Assembly: GCA_943788345.1 (NCBI GenBank)
Contig: CALSPX010000015.1
Coordinates: forward strand, 86,452 to 150,451
From: an uncultured Rhodobacteraceae bacterium
GTDB taxonomy: Bacteria > Pseudomonadota > Alphaproteobacteria > Rhodobacterales > Rhodobacteraceae
Length of the DNA stretch: 64,000 nucleotides
Direction of reading: 5' to 3'
Shown in pieces: positions 30,112 through 38,585 of the stretch (position 1 is the stretch's first letter; every line of letters begins with the position of its first letter). The notes beneath the pieces are model-generated. The model ran no database searches, was not told the origin of the DNA, and was given only the letters and a program-made list of their open reading frames with translations. The translations under genes and the position numbers were made by a program.

Positions 30112-31164
30112 TCAGGGTACCTTGGTGTGCTCCAAATAGATCTTTTTCGCACGACCCCAAACGCCAGTCTCCAAATCAAGTAGCTCCATCAATGAAGGTA
30201 GCAATTGCGCAGCATAATTCTGAGAGCTTTCGTTTGGAAGCATGGATGGCAGGTTGTCGATTGCTGTTACATCCAATGGAGGGTTGTCATGGACACGCAA
30301 AGCAGGCTGAGCCCATGTTGTCGTTCGATCATATACCTTTACGGGCGAAAAGGCGCTGTCAGGATCGCAGGCAATATCACCGATGACTGTGAGTTGACGA
30401 GGCGTGGTTATGGCTGTCTTGGGGACGAACACGGGGGTGCCGGGCGCTGCAAGTATACAGTTAAAGAAGATGTCGTGCTGAAGGACCTCAGGGAATGGCC
30501 CGCCGCTTGCGGTTTCTGGCAGATCCCATTTTGTTGTGGTCACACCAAGCTGGGCGCATAGGTCGGATGCACCTGTGCCCACACGACCCAATGCGCCGAT
30601 TACTAGGGCACTTGGCATTGACGTCACATTCACTAGATCGCTTTGCAAGTCGGCAACCAAAGCCGCGGAATTTGGATAGGTGCCAACGGCATCTACACGC
30701 TTACCAGATTGTTGTGCAGCCCAGCATTTCAACGCAACAGCCGCGCCAGCGTAGCCGGCCCAATAACCGAACGCAGCGACACGACGTCCTGTTCCATCGA
30801 CAAGATATTCAAGGTCATAGAGAGTACCGCCACCCGCCGCAAATCTGTGTAGCAATCGCTGACCAGATGGTTGCCCTTTGTAGGCGTGACCAAACATAAT
30901 ATGTTTGTGCCTTAAAGGCGTCCCGTCTTCGGGAAGTTCTTTCAGACCAAAGATAATCGCATCAAGTGGTGCAGTCGGCCACGTGTTGGAGGGCGCAATG
31001 TGGCATCCGGCCTCTTTGTAACCTTGGATTGGTGTGCACCGGGTTGGGCATTCCTCAACGGTCACCACAATTCCTGCTGTGATCAAAGCTGCGGCACCTT
31101 CGGGGCTCAGTCCAACGCGTTCTTCGTTATCGCGTTGTTCAGCGCGGACCCAAAGATGTGTCAT
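30112..31164 (-). CDS. Saccharopine dehydrogenase (NAD+, lysine-forming type) / lysine-ketoglutarate reductase
   Basis: LWVRAE, GLKELP, FGHAYKGQ, LYDLEYL, RRVAAFG, GALGRVG, DIACD, IDNLPS; Lys1-like. Confidence 0.88.
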   Translation of the reverse strand: MTHLWVRAEQRDNEERVGLSPEGAAALITAGIVVTVEECPTRCTPIQGYKEAGCHIAPSNTWPTAPLDAIIFGLKELPEDGTPLRHKHIMFGHAYKGQPSGQRLLHRFAAGGGTLYDLEYLVDGTGRRVAAFGYWAGYAGAAVALKCWAAQQSGKRVDAVGTYPNSAALVADLQSDLVNVTSMPSALVIGALGRVGTGASDLCAQLGVTTTKWDLPETASGGPFPEVLQHDIFFNCILAAPGTPVFVPKTAITTPRQLTVIGDIACDPDSAFSPVKVYDRTTTWAQPALRVHDNPPLDVTAIDNLPSMLPNESSQNYAAQLLPSLMELLDLETGVWGRAKKIYLEHTKVP

Positions 31165-31778
31165 GTCAGTATGCCGAGTTCACGGATTTTCTTGACGGAT
31201 GCGCGGGTTTCCATGGCTGCCATATGCGCGGTGAGTTTCGGGTAATTTTTGACCTCAACGCCATCGCCTGGAAGCCAAGTGCACACGTTAAATAAATAGA
31301 TGTCGGCGACACAGAAGGTATCGCCCAGAATGAAGGGACCCTGCAAACATTCGTCTTCAATGTAGCTGGCTGATGTGGCCATAGTCTGGGGCACTTTTGA
31401 TGTCATGTCGTCACAACTTTTCTGTTGATCGGCCCAGCGTGAGCCGCGCATTTTATGTGCGTGGTTCACGTGCATTGTGGAGGCAAGGTAGAACATCACG
31501 CTGCGCATTTTGAAGGCTTGCAATGGATCAGATGGCACAAGCTTTTTTTCAGGAACAAGGGCTGCGATATATTCGAGCAATGCACCTGTTTCGGTGAGTG
31601 CCTTGTCCCCAACGATCAAAGTTGGCACGCGACCTTTTGGGTTTTTAGCGAGATAAGCATCACCGGTTTGTTCAGCTTTGGTAAAGTCCACGCCGGTCAA
31701 TTCATGTCCAAGCCCTGCCTCTTGCAACGCGATAGCAACTGACATCGAGATGGTGTTTGGAGCATAAAACAATTGCAT
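31161..31778 (-). CDS. Glutathione S-transferase family protein
   Basis: NPKGRVPTL, LTETGA and VADIYLF motifs. Confidence 0.9.
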   Translation of the reverse strand: MQLFYAPNTISMSVAIALQEAGLGHELTGVDFTKAEQTGDAYLAKNPKGRVPTLIVGDKALTETGALLEYIAALVPEKKLVPSDPLQAFKMRSVMFYLASTMHVNHAHKMRGSRWADQQKSCDDMTSKVPQTMATSASYIEDECLQGPFILGDTFCVADIYLFNVCTWLPGDGVEVKNYPKLTAHMAAMETRASVKKIRELGILT

Positions 31779-31789
31779 GATTTGATCCT

Positions 31790-32443
31790 TTAAACGTGTG
31801 TTTGTGCGTGGTGCCGTTCGGGTGCTTCGAGGTGGGGAACTGCATTGAACATCACAGGTGACATTGTTCCGCCGATTGGGTGCAAACGATGGATCGAGCT
31901 GTTCATTATGGCAAGAGCTAGATTGGCCATTTTGACGATATCCAAATCAAGATGTTGACGCATGACCATAGAAATGAGGCCGCCTGATGTGACAACCAAT
32001 GAGGGGCCAGGGCGTGCAGCAATGTCTTTGATCACATCGTTTACACGTGTTTCAAACTCGCTAAAGCGTTCGGGTGCACCTTCAATTTTGTCCTCTTTCC
32101 ACGCCTCAAAAACGCGAGGTAAGTGATGAACAAATTCTGATTGTTGAGTTGGCATTGCGAGCCCGTGTTCAGCTTCAAGCGCGGTGGCGAGTGTGAAATA
32201 TTCAAGCTCATTTAGACGTTCATCACGGATCGGTTCGAGGCCTGTGGCCATACCATCTGCGGTTTCTGCATGACGGCGCAAAGTGCCTGTATAAAGATTT
32301 TGGTGCACTTGGTTTGTGTCGATGAGGTGTTCACCCAACCACTTTGCCTGTTGGTGTCCAAGGGCGCTGAGGCGGTCATAACTGGCTTCGTCTGTCGCGG
32401 TGGAGTTTGCTTGTCCGTGACGAATGAGGGTGATGTGGGACAT
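31790..32443 (-). CDS. Histidine phosphatase (phosphoglycerate mutase-like) family protein
   Basis: LIRHGQA, LSALGHQQA, RLNE and VVTSGG motifs; AAGGA RBS before ATG 32443. Confidence 0.85.
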   Translation of the reverse strand: MSHITLIRHGQANSTATDEASYDRLSALGHQQAKWLGEHLIDTNQVHQNLYTGTLRRHAETADGMATGLEPIRDERLNELEYFTLATALEAEHGLAMPTQQSEFVHHLPRVFEAWKEDKIEGAPERFSEFETRVNDVIKDIAARPGPSLVVTSGGLISMVMRQHLDLDIVKMANLALAIMNSSIHRLHPIGGTMSPVMFNAVPHLEAPERHHAQTHV

Positions 32444-32517
32444 GTAGGTTCCTTGTACGGTTTCCAAATGGATAAGTGAGGTCTGCGCGGGTTGGAAGAG
32501 GTGGGACGCTCCGCGGG

Positions 32518-32539
32518 GAGTTTATTTGGTAAGACGAAG
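32518..32539 (+). repeat. Dispersed intergenic repeat, copy 1
   Basis: GAGTTTATTTGGTAAGACGAAG; 21 of 22 nt identical to 40585-40606. Confidence 0.75.
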
Positions 32540-32648
32540 TCGGTGACATCGCATGTCTTGGCGTAAATTCGAGTATGAATGTCGCGATTGAGTGTCCGAA
32601 TTTAGGTCATGGTTTGCTAAAGTGAGCTACAATAAGGGGAGGCATAGC

Positions 32649-35411
32649 ATGTCCAATACAGTGAAATTCACGCTAGATGGCACAGAAGTCGAGGCCGAAT
32701 CCGGCCTGACAATCTGGGAAGTGGCCAATGGTCGTGGACTTGTTATCCCTCACCTGTGCCATAAGCCAGCACCCGGCTATCGCCCTGACGGCAATTGCCG
32801 CGCCTGTATGGTTGAGATCGACGGTGAGCGTACGTTGGCCGCTTCGTGTATTCGAGAGCCTTTGGATGGCATGGTGGTAACCACCAATTCTGCCCGCGCT
32901 GAGAATGCGCGCATGATGGTGGTTGAAATGTTAGTCGCAGACCAACCAGCCCGTGAAGATGCCCATGATAAATCAGCACACCTGTGGGATATGGCCGAGT
33001 TGAATGGTGTGTCAAAGAGCCGTTTTCCAAAATTGGAAGAGGGTCGCATTCCGTTGTTGGATGACAGTCACGTTGCGATGTCTGTTAACTTGGATGCTTG
33101 TATTTCTTGTGGTTTGTGCGTGCGCGCGTGTCGTGAGGTTCAGGTCAACGATGTGATCGGCATGTCGGGCCGTGGCCATGATAGCTACCCTACTTTTGAT
33201 ATGGCCGACCCCATGGGTGGTTCATCTTGTGTGGCGTGTGGCGAATGCGTTCAAGCCTGTCCAACAGGTGCTTTGATGCCTGCTGCTGTGACTGCGGGTG
33301 ACGGCGTTGGGGACAGCAAAGATTTTGATAGCGAAACAGAAAGCGTTTGTGCGTTTTGTGGCGTGGGTTGCCAGATTTCAATTAAGGTTAAAGATGGCAA
33401 AGTGAAGTATGTTGAGGGCATCAATGGTCCTGCAAACGAAGGCCGTTTGTGCGTTAAGGGCCGCTTTGGTTACGACTATATCCACCACAATCACCGTCTG
33501 ACCAAACCGTTGATCCGTCGCGACGATGCACCCGCCAAGGGTTTGAATGTTGACCCCGGGAATTGGGGCAGTGTTTTCCGTGAGGCAACTTGGGATGAGG
33601 CGCTGGATTTTGCTGCTAATGGTCTGAAGGGGCGCGGGCGCGAAGTGGCTGGATTTGGGTCAGCCAAGTGCACCAATGAAGAAGCCTATCTGTTCCAGAA
33701 ATTCATTCGTGAAGGGTTTAAACACAACAACGTCGACCACTGTACACGTTTGTGCCACGCCTCATCCGTTTCTGCGTTGATTGAAAACGTTGGATCGGGT
33801 GCTGTAACGGCAACATTCAACGAGATCGAAAATGCTGATGTGGCCATCGTAATCGGTGCAAACCCGATCGAAAACCACCCTGTGGCCGCGACCTATTTCA
33901 AACAGTTCACTAAACGTGGCGGCAAGTTGATTGTAATGGATCCGCGCGGTCAGGCGCTTAAGCGCTTTGCCACCCACATGCTTCAGTTCCGCCCAGGTGC
34001 GGACGTTTCAATGTTGAACGCGATCATGCATGTGATCGTCGAAGAGGGATTGTACGACCAGCAATACATAGAGGCGTACACTGAAAACTGGGAAGCTGAA
34101 AAAGCCCACCTTAAGGATTTCACACCAGAGAAGATGTCTGAAATTTGTGGCATCGATGCTGAAACTTTACGCGCAGTCGCCCGCACATTTGCAGGTGCTA
34201 AGGCAGGGATGATTTTCTGGGGCATGGGCGTCAGTCAACACATCCACGGTACAGACAATGCGCGTTGCTTGATTTCTTTGGCGTTGATGACGGGCCAAGT
34301 TGGTCGCCCAGGCTCTGGCCTTCACCCACTGCGTGGTCAGAACAACGTACAAGGTGCATCTGACGCCGGCTTGGTTCCGATGTTCTTACCTGACTACCAG
34401 TCGGTGACGGACGATGTTGTGCGCTCTGCCTTCACCGAAGTTTGGGGGTCAGGTGATTTCTCAAATGAGAAGGGCCTAACCGTGACCGAAATCATGGACG
34501 CGGTCCATGAGGACAAGATCAAGGCGATGTACATTTTGGGTGAGAACCCAGCGATGTCTGATCCAGATGTTGAACATGCGCGTGATGCTTTGGCCAAACT
34601 TGACCACTTGGTTGTCCAAGACATCTTTATCACTGAGACTGCGAACTATGCCGACGTAATTTTGCCAGCCTCTGCGCTGTATGAAAAAACAGGTACGGTT
34701 TCCAACACGAACCGTCAGGTCCAAATGGTGCGCCAAGCGGTTGTACCTCCGGGTGAGGCGAAAGAAGATTGGTGGATTGAAGTTGAGTTGGCCAAACGTT
34801 GCGGTTTGGATTGGACTTATACGCATCCAAGCGAAGTGTTTGCTGAGATGACTGTGAACATGCGCAGTCTCGACAATATAACGTGGGATCGCCTGACAAC
34901 TGAAGCGGTGACCTATCCGTCACTTAGCCCGACTGATCCGGGTCAGGCGGTCGTGTTTGGCGATGGTTTCCCACGTACCGATGGACGTGCAAAATTTACG
35001 CCTGCTAGCGTGATTGCCCCTGATGATGTGCCGGATGCTGAATACCCAATGATCCTGACAACGGGCCGTCAGTTAGAGCACTGGCATACAGGTTCCATGA
35101 CCCGTCGTGCGACTGTATTGGATGGGCTAGAGCCTGAGGCGAACTGTTCGCTGCACCCATCCACTTTGCGCAAGCTAGGCGTAGAACCGGGTGGGCATGT
35201 ACGTCTGACCACGAAGCGTGGTTCGATTGTGATCATGGCACGTATGGATCGTGCAGTGGCACCGGATATGGTGTTCTTACCATTTGCCTTTGTTGAGGCG
35301 GCGGCAAACATTCTGACAAATCCAGCGGTTGATCCGTTTGGGAAAATTCCAGAATTTAAGTTTTCTGCGGTGAAAGTCGAAGCTGCTGCTGATGTTATGG
35401 CGGCTGAATAA
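32649..35411 (+). CDS. fdhF: Mo/W formate dehydrogenase alpha subunit (FdsA/FdhF-like, Cys form)
   Basis: N-terminal 2Fe-2S motifs (HLCH, CRAC), CISCGLCVRAC, CVACGECVQACP, CAFCGVGC, LCVKGRFG, active site CTRLCH, PLRGQNNVQG, TTGRQLEHWHTG. Confidence 0.93.
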   Translation: MSNTVKFTLDGTEVEAESGLTIWEVANGRGLVIPHLCHKPAPGYRPDGNCRACMVEIDGERTLAASCIREPLDGMVVTTNSARAENARMMVVEMLVADQPAREDAHDKSAHLWDMAELNGVSKSRFPKLEEGRIPLLDDSHVAMSVNLDACISCGLCVRACREVQVNDVIGMSGRGHDSYPTFDMADPMGGSSCVACGECVQACPTGALMPAAVTAGDGVGDSKDFDSETESVCAFCGVGCQISIKVKDGKVKYVEGINGPANEGRLCVKGRFGYDYIHHNHRLTKPLIRRDDAPAKGLNVDPGNWGSVFREATWDEALDFAANGLKGRGREVAGFGSAKCTNEEAYLFQKFIREGFKHNNVDHCTRLCHASSVSALIENVGSGAVTATFNEIENADVAIVIGANPIENHPVAATYFKQFTKRGGKLIVMDPRGQALKRFATHMLQFRPGADVSMLNAIMHVIVEEGLYDQQYIEAYTENWEAEKAHLKDFTPEKMSEICGIDAETLRAVARTFAGAKAGMIFWGMGVSQHIHGTDNARCLISLALMTGQVGRPGSGLHPLRGQNNVQGASDAGLVPMFLPDYQSVTDDVVRSAFTEVWGSGDFSNEKGLTVTEIMDAVHEDKIKAMYILGENPAMSDPDVEHARDALAKLDHLVVQDIFITETANYADVILPASALYEKTGTVSNTNRQVQMVRQAVVPPGEAKEDWWIEVELAKRCGLDWTYTHPSEVFAEMTVNMRSLDNITWDRLTTEAVTYPSLSPTDPGQAVVFGDGFPRTDGRAKFTPASVIAPDDVPDAEYPMILTTGRQLEHWHTGSMTRRATVLDGLEPEANCSLHPSTLRKLGVEPGGHVRLTTKRGSIVIMARMDRAVAPDMVFLPFAFVEAAANILTNPAVDPFGKIPEFKFSAVKVEAAADVMAAE

Positions 35412-35417
35412 GAAATC

Positions 35418-35443
35418 AAAAGGTGGGCTTCGGCCCGCCTTTT
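35418..35443. terminator. Bidirectional intrinsic terminator
   Basis: AAAA-GGTGGGC-TTCG-GCCCGCC-TTTT between the convergent fdhF and WGR genes. Confidence 0.85.
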
Positions 35444-35452
35444 GCTCAAAAC

Positions 35453-35680
35453 TCAAGCGCGTTTATAGCCGCGTTTTTGGGCGCGGATACGATATGAATC
35501 GGCGGCGTGGGATGCGTCACGTAAATTGCCAAAGCTGGTGATCGTTTCACAGGGTGTGCCACCTTTGACACCCCATTCGCGCAACACCGACACTTCGGAA
35601 AATAGATCCATAGCGATTTCGACACGGTAAAACCGTGGTCTCGCTTTGTGGCTGGGGCGATATAAAACGACGTCTAGCAT
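35453..35680 (-). CDS. Stand-alone WGR-domain protein
   Basis: RFYRVEI, DLF, LREWG and C-terminal KRGY pattern of WGR domains; 75 aa. Confidence 0.75.
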   Translation of the reverse strand: MLDVVLYRPSHKARPRFYRVEIAMDLFSEVSVLREWGVKGGTPCETITSFGNLRDASHAADSYRIRAQKRGYKRA

Positions 35681-35764
35681 TGCCAGTGATTCTATCAGTG
35701 TTTTCAGTGAGGTGAAGAGCCAATTGTTGTTTGGGCAGGTTTTTGACGTGTGCCCAATTTCTGG

Positions 35765-36466
35765 TTAGCTCCAGCTGACATCCCCAAGAAAGATATACCC
35801 TGCACCATATATCGTTTTGATCAGCTGTGGGTTCTTGGGATCTTCACGCAATTTAGTACGCAGGCGCGAAATACGCACATCCATCGCGCGGTCAAAACTT
35901 TCGCTTGCGGCCCCGCCCAATGACTCTTGCATTTGGGTGCGGGTGATTAGACGCTTTGGGCTATCAAGGAATAGACGAAGCACTTCGCCTTCTGCATGTG
36001 AAAAAGGAGTGGCATCACCTGCATCGTCGATCAAAGTGTATGCATCGAAATGAGCAGTCCAACCATTGAATTTGGCGGTATTGCTGGTTTGAGTTACGGC
36101 CTTGCCACCGCGCAATCGGGCACGAACGCGCGCAACTACTTCCAAGGGATCAAATGGTTTGATGATGTAGTCATCGGCGCCCAGTTCCAGACCAGTAACC
36201 CGATCCTGCACCTGCGCACGGCCAGAAATGATGATAACTGACGCCCCTTGTTCTAACGCAAGACGGTGGACAACCGTCAGACCATCAGTGTCAGGCAAGG
36301 ACAAGTCGACCAAGCAAACATCAGGCGTGTGCTTTTGCAACGCGGCCTCAAATTCGCGGGCACGACCAAAACACATCGTCCGGAAACCAGCATCCTCCAG
36401 CGCATCAGCCAACATTGTGCGAATGGCTGGCTCGTCATCAAGAATGGTTACTAACGGCGCTGTCAT
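35765..36466 (-). CDS. OmpR/PhoB-family response regulator
   Basis: ILDDE, phospho-acceptor in LVDLSLPD, GADDYIIKPF, DVRISRLR, IKTIYGAGY. Confidence 0.93.
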   Translation of the reverse strand: MTAPLVTILDDEPAIRTMLADALEDAGFRTMCFGRAREFEAALQKHTPDVCLVDLSLPDTDGLTVVHRLALEQGASVIIISGRAQVQDRVTGLELGADDYIIKPFDPLEVVARVRARLRGGKAVTQTSNTAKFNGWTAHFDAYTLIDDAGDATPFSHAEGEVLRLFLDSPKRLITRTQMQESLGGAASESFDRAMDVRISRLRTKLREDPKNPQLIKTIYGAGYIFLGDVSWS

Positions 36467-38370
36467 TGTTGCACCTTCGGTTTGAGGACATTGGCCAGAT
36501 CGTAGGCTGTGAATGGTTTCGCAAGGACAGTTGTCGCGGCTTGGGCCTCATGGTGCAATGGGTCATTTGGGGACAAAGAGGTCATAAGTACGACAGGTGT
36601 CTTTCCCTTTTCGATCCGCTTAAGTAAATCCAGCCCCGTACCTTCACCGCTTAGACGGATATCAGATAGGATTAGGGCGATGTCAGGCAGGCTGGCGATG
36701 AGTGCGGTGGCTTCATCTGCTGAAGTTGCCTCAATAACGCTGTGCCCCATGTCAGTCAGCATATCGCGGTAAAACGCGCGTAGATCGTCGTTGTCTTCAA
36801 CCAGCAAAGCCAAGCCGCCAGTGACCTCAGGGCTAAAACGCAGCGGCAGGCGCAGACGGATTGATGCGCCGCCCTCTGGCGTGTTTTGTAGCCTTAGGTC
36901 GCCACCAGCAAGCTTGGTAATGTCGTAGACCATGGGCAGGCCTAACCCTGTGCCTTCGCTACCTTTGGTCGTGTAAAATGGGTCACATGCGTGCTTCAAG
37001 GCATCTTCGGAAAATCCCGTCCCTGTGTCTGATACCGTAAACTCGATCCACGTGTTGTGAACCGTTGATGCACTAAGTTTGATAGTTCCGTTCGACCCAC
37101 AGGCGTCACGGGCGTTCAGGATTAGATTAAGCAACGCGTCTTTAATCGCACCTTGATCCAGTAGAACCGCTTTGTTTGGTAGTTGATCGGTCACTGTGAA
37201 AACGACGTTCTCTGGTAGAGTCGGGGCCGCGAGTGTTTCCATCTCTCGCAGCAATGCGTGCAAGTCTGTGACACGCGGGCGTTGGACACGTTGACTGGTA
37301 ATCTCAGCAATGCTGCCCAATAGATCGCCACCGCGTTTTGCTGCATTTAAGGTACCTTCGATCAAGGGTTTGGCAGCCGAGGGCAGTTCATCAAGGCGTG
37401 CCAACTTGGACTGCATCCCAAGAATGATGGTGAGTAAGTTCGAGAAGTCATGCGCCAGTCCTGATGTCACTTGGGCGGCCAGTTCACGTTTGCTGGTTTG
37501 CTGTAGTGCTACGCGCGTTTGAGTTTCCAACGTTACATCGGTGGACAAAACATAAGCACCACCACGGGTGTCAGGCGTAAAGGCAGCGCGGATGCGATGG
37601 GCGCTGGCGGCATCTGTGAACTCAGTCAGAGTGTTCTTGCCAGCGAATGCACCGTGAAGCATGGGCTTGATTTTCTCGTAAACGCCCAACCCAAGTGCAT
37701 CCGAAATATGCATGCCGATGATGTTGTTTGGGCGCCCTGGGATGATCGTGCTGAGTTGCCGATTGGAGTAAGTGTAATGCCCCGTCTCATCGATGTGGGC
37801 GATGTGCGCGGGCATCATTTCGGTCGTTAGACGTGTCCGCGCCTCTACTTCTGTAAGGTGCCGTTTCGTTTCGCCAAGCGCAGATACTGTCCCGGCCAGT
37901 GCACGGTTTGTACTGGCCAGTTCTTCGGCGTGGGCCAAGACCTGATCCGTCAGTTCCTCAGAGCGGGCACGTAGCAGCGTCTCTTGTTTTTTGGTGCTGG
38001 TGATATCTGTATAGACTGTGATCCACCCGCCTTGGGGTAGGGGGGATCCTTCCACAGATATGACCGTGCCGTTGGAGCGATGGCGCTCAACATAGTGAGG
38101 TTCAAACGCACGGGCGACTTCGATCCGCTCTGCCACAAAAGCTTCAAGGTCATCAATGTCACCGTACTCACCGCGCAAAGCGAGGTGACGAATAGTATCT
38201 TCAAAGGGTGCACCCGGCGCGACCAAATCATCTGGAAGATCAAACATTTCTTTGAAAGGCGCATTACTGACTGCCAGCCGAAGGTCACTGTCGAATATGG
38301 TCAAGGCCTGCCCGATCAAATTCAGACCAGCAGCCGTCATAGCATGTGTAGCAGCGCGATTGAGCGTCAC
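36463..38370 (-). CDS. Cytoplasmic PAS-domain hybrid sensor histidine kinase
   Basis: Two PAS-like segments, H box GLAHDFSNLL, N box LILNARDA, DTGTG, GTGLGL, C-terminal receiver; no TM helix seen. GTG at 38370 follows AAGGGG. Confidence 0.9.
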   Translation of the reverse strand: MTLNRAATHAMTAAGLNLIGQALTIFDSDLRLAVSNAPFKEMFDLPDDLVAPGAPFEDTIRHLALRGEYGDIDDLEAFVAERIEVARAFEPHYVERHRSNGTVISVEGSPLPQGGWITVYTDITSTKKQETLLRARSEELTDQVLAHAEELASTNRALAGTVSALGETKRHLTEVEARTRLTTEMMPAHIAHIDETGHYTYSNRQLSTIIPGRPNNIIGMHISDALGLGVYEKIKPMLHGAFAGKNTLTEFTDAASAHRIRAAFTPDTRGGAYVLSTDVTLETQTRVALQQTSKRELAAQVTSGLAHDFSNLLTIILGMQSKLARLDELPSAAKPLIEGTLNAAKRGGDLLGSIAEITSQRVQRPRVTDLHALLREMETLAAPTLPENVVFTVTDQLPNKAVLLDQGAIKDALLNLILNARDACGSNGTIKLSASTVHNTWIEFTVSDTGTGFSEDALKHACDPFYTTKGSEGTGLGLPMVYDITKLAGGDLRLQNTPEGGASIRLRLPLRFSPEVTGGLALLVEDNDDLRAFYRDMLTDMGHSVIEATSADEATALIASLPDIALILSDIRLSGEGTGLDLLKRIEKGKTPVVLMTSLSPNDPLHHEAQAATTVLAKPFTAYDLANVLKPKVQQ

Positions 38371-38585
38371 GTGTGGCCCCTTAGTGATCGTGATTTCGTG
38401 CCCAGTGTGGGGCGGTGATTGCCGGGAATTCAAGCACTGATCGAGCATTGTTACAATTCGTTAGGATTGAGAAACCTTCAGGAAAAAGTTGACCTAAAGG
38501 ATAAAGCCAGCATCCTTGAGTGACATAGAATCGCTGAAGTGATCGTGGCCGGGAACCTTTGTTGCCGGTTTGGGAGGAGAATACA

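Noticed and set aside
33735-33760. Selenocysteine-containing formate dehydrogenase
   Set aside because: The active-site motif is CTRLCH with a TGC codon and the ORF is uninterrupted.
38488-38506. LiuR-like operator TTGACCTAAAGGATAA before the acyl-CoA synthetase
   Set aside because: It is a poor palindrome and could equally be a -35 element; too weak to call.
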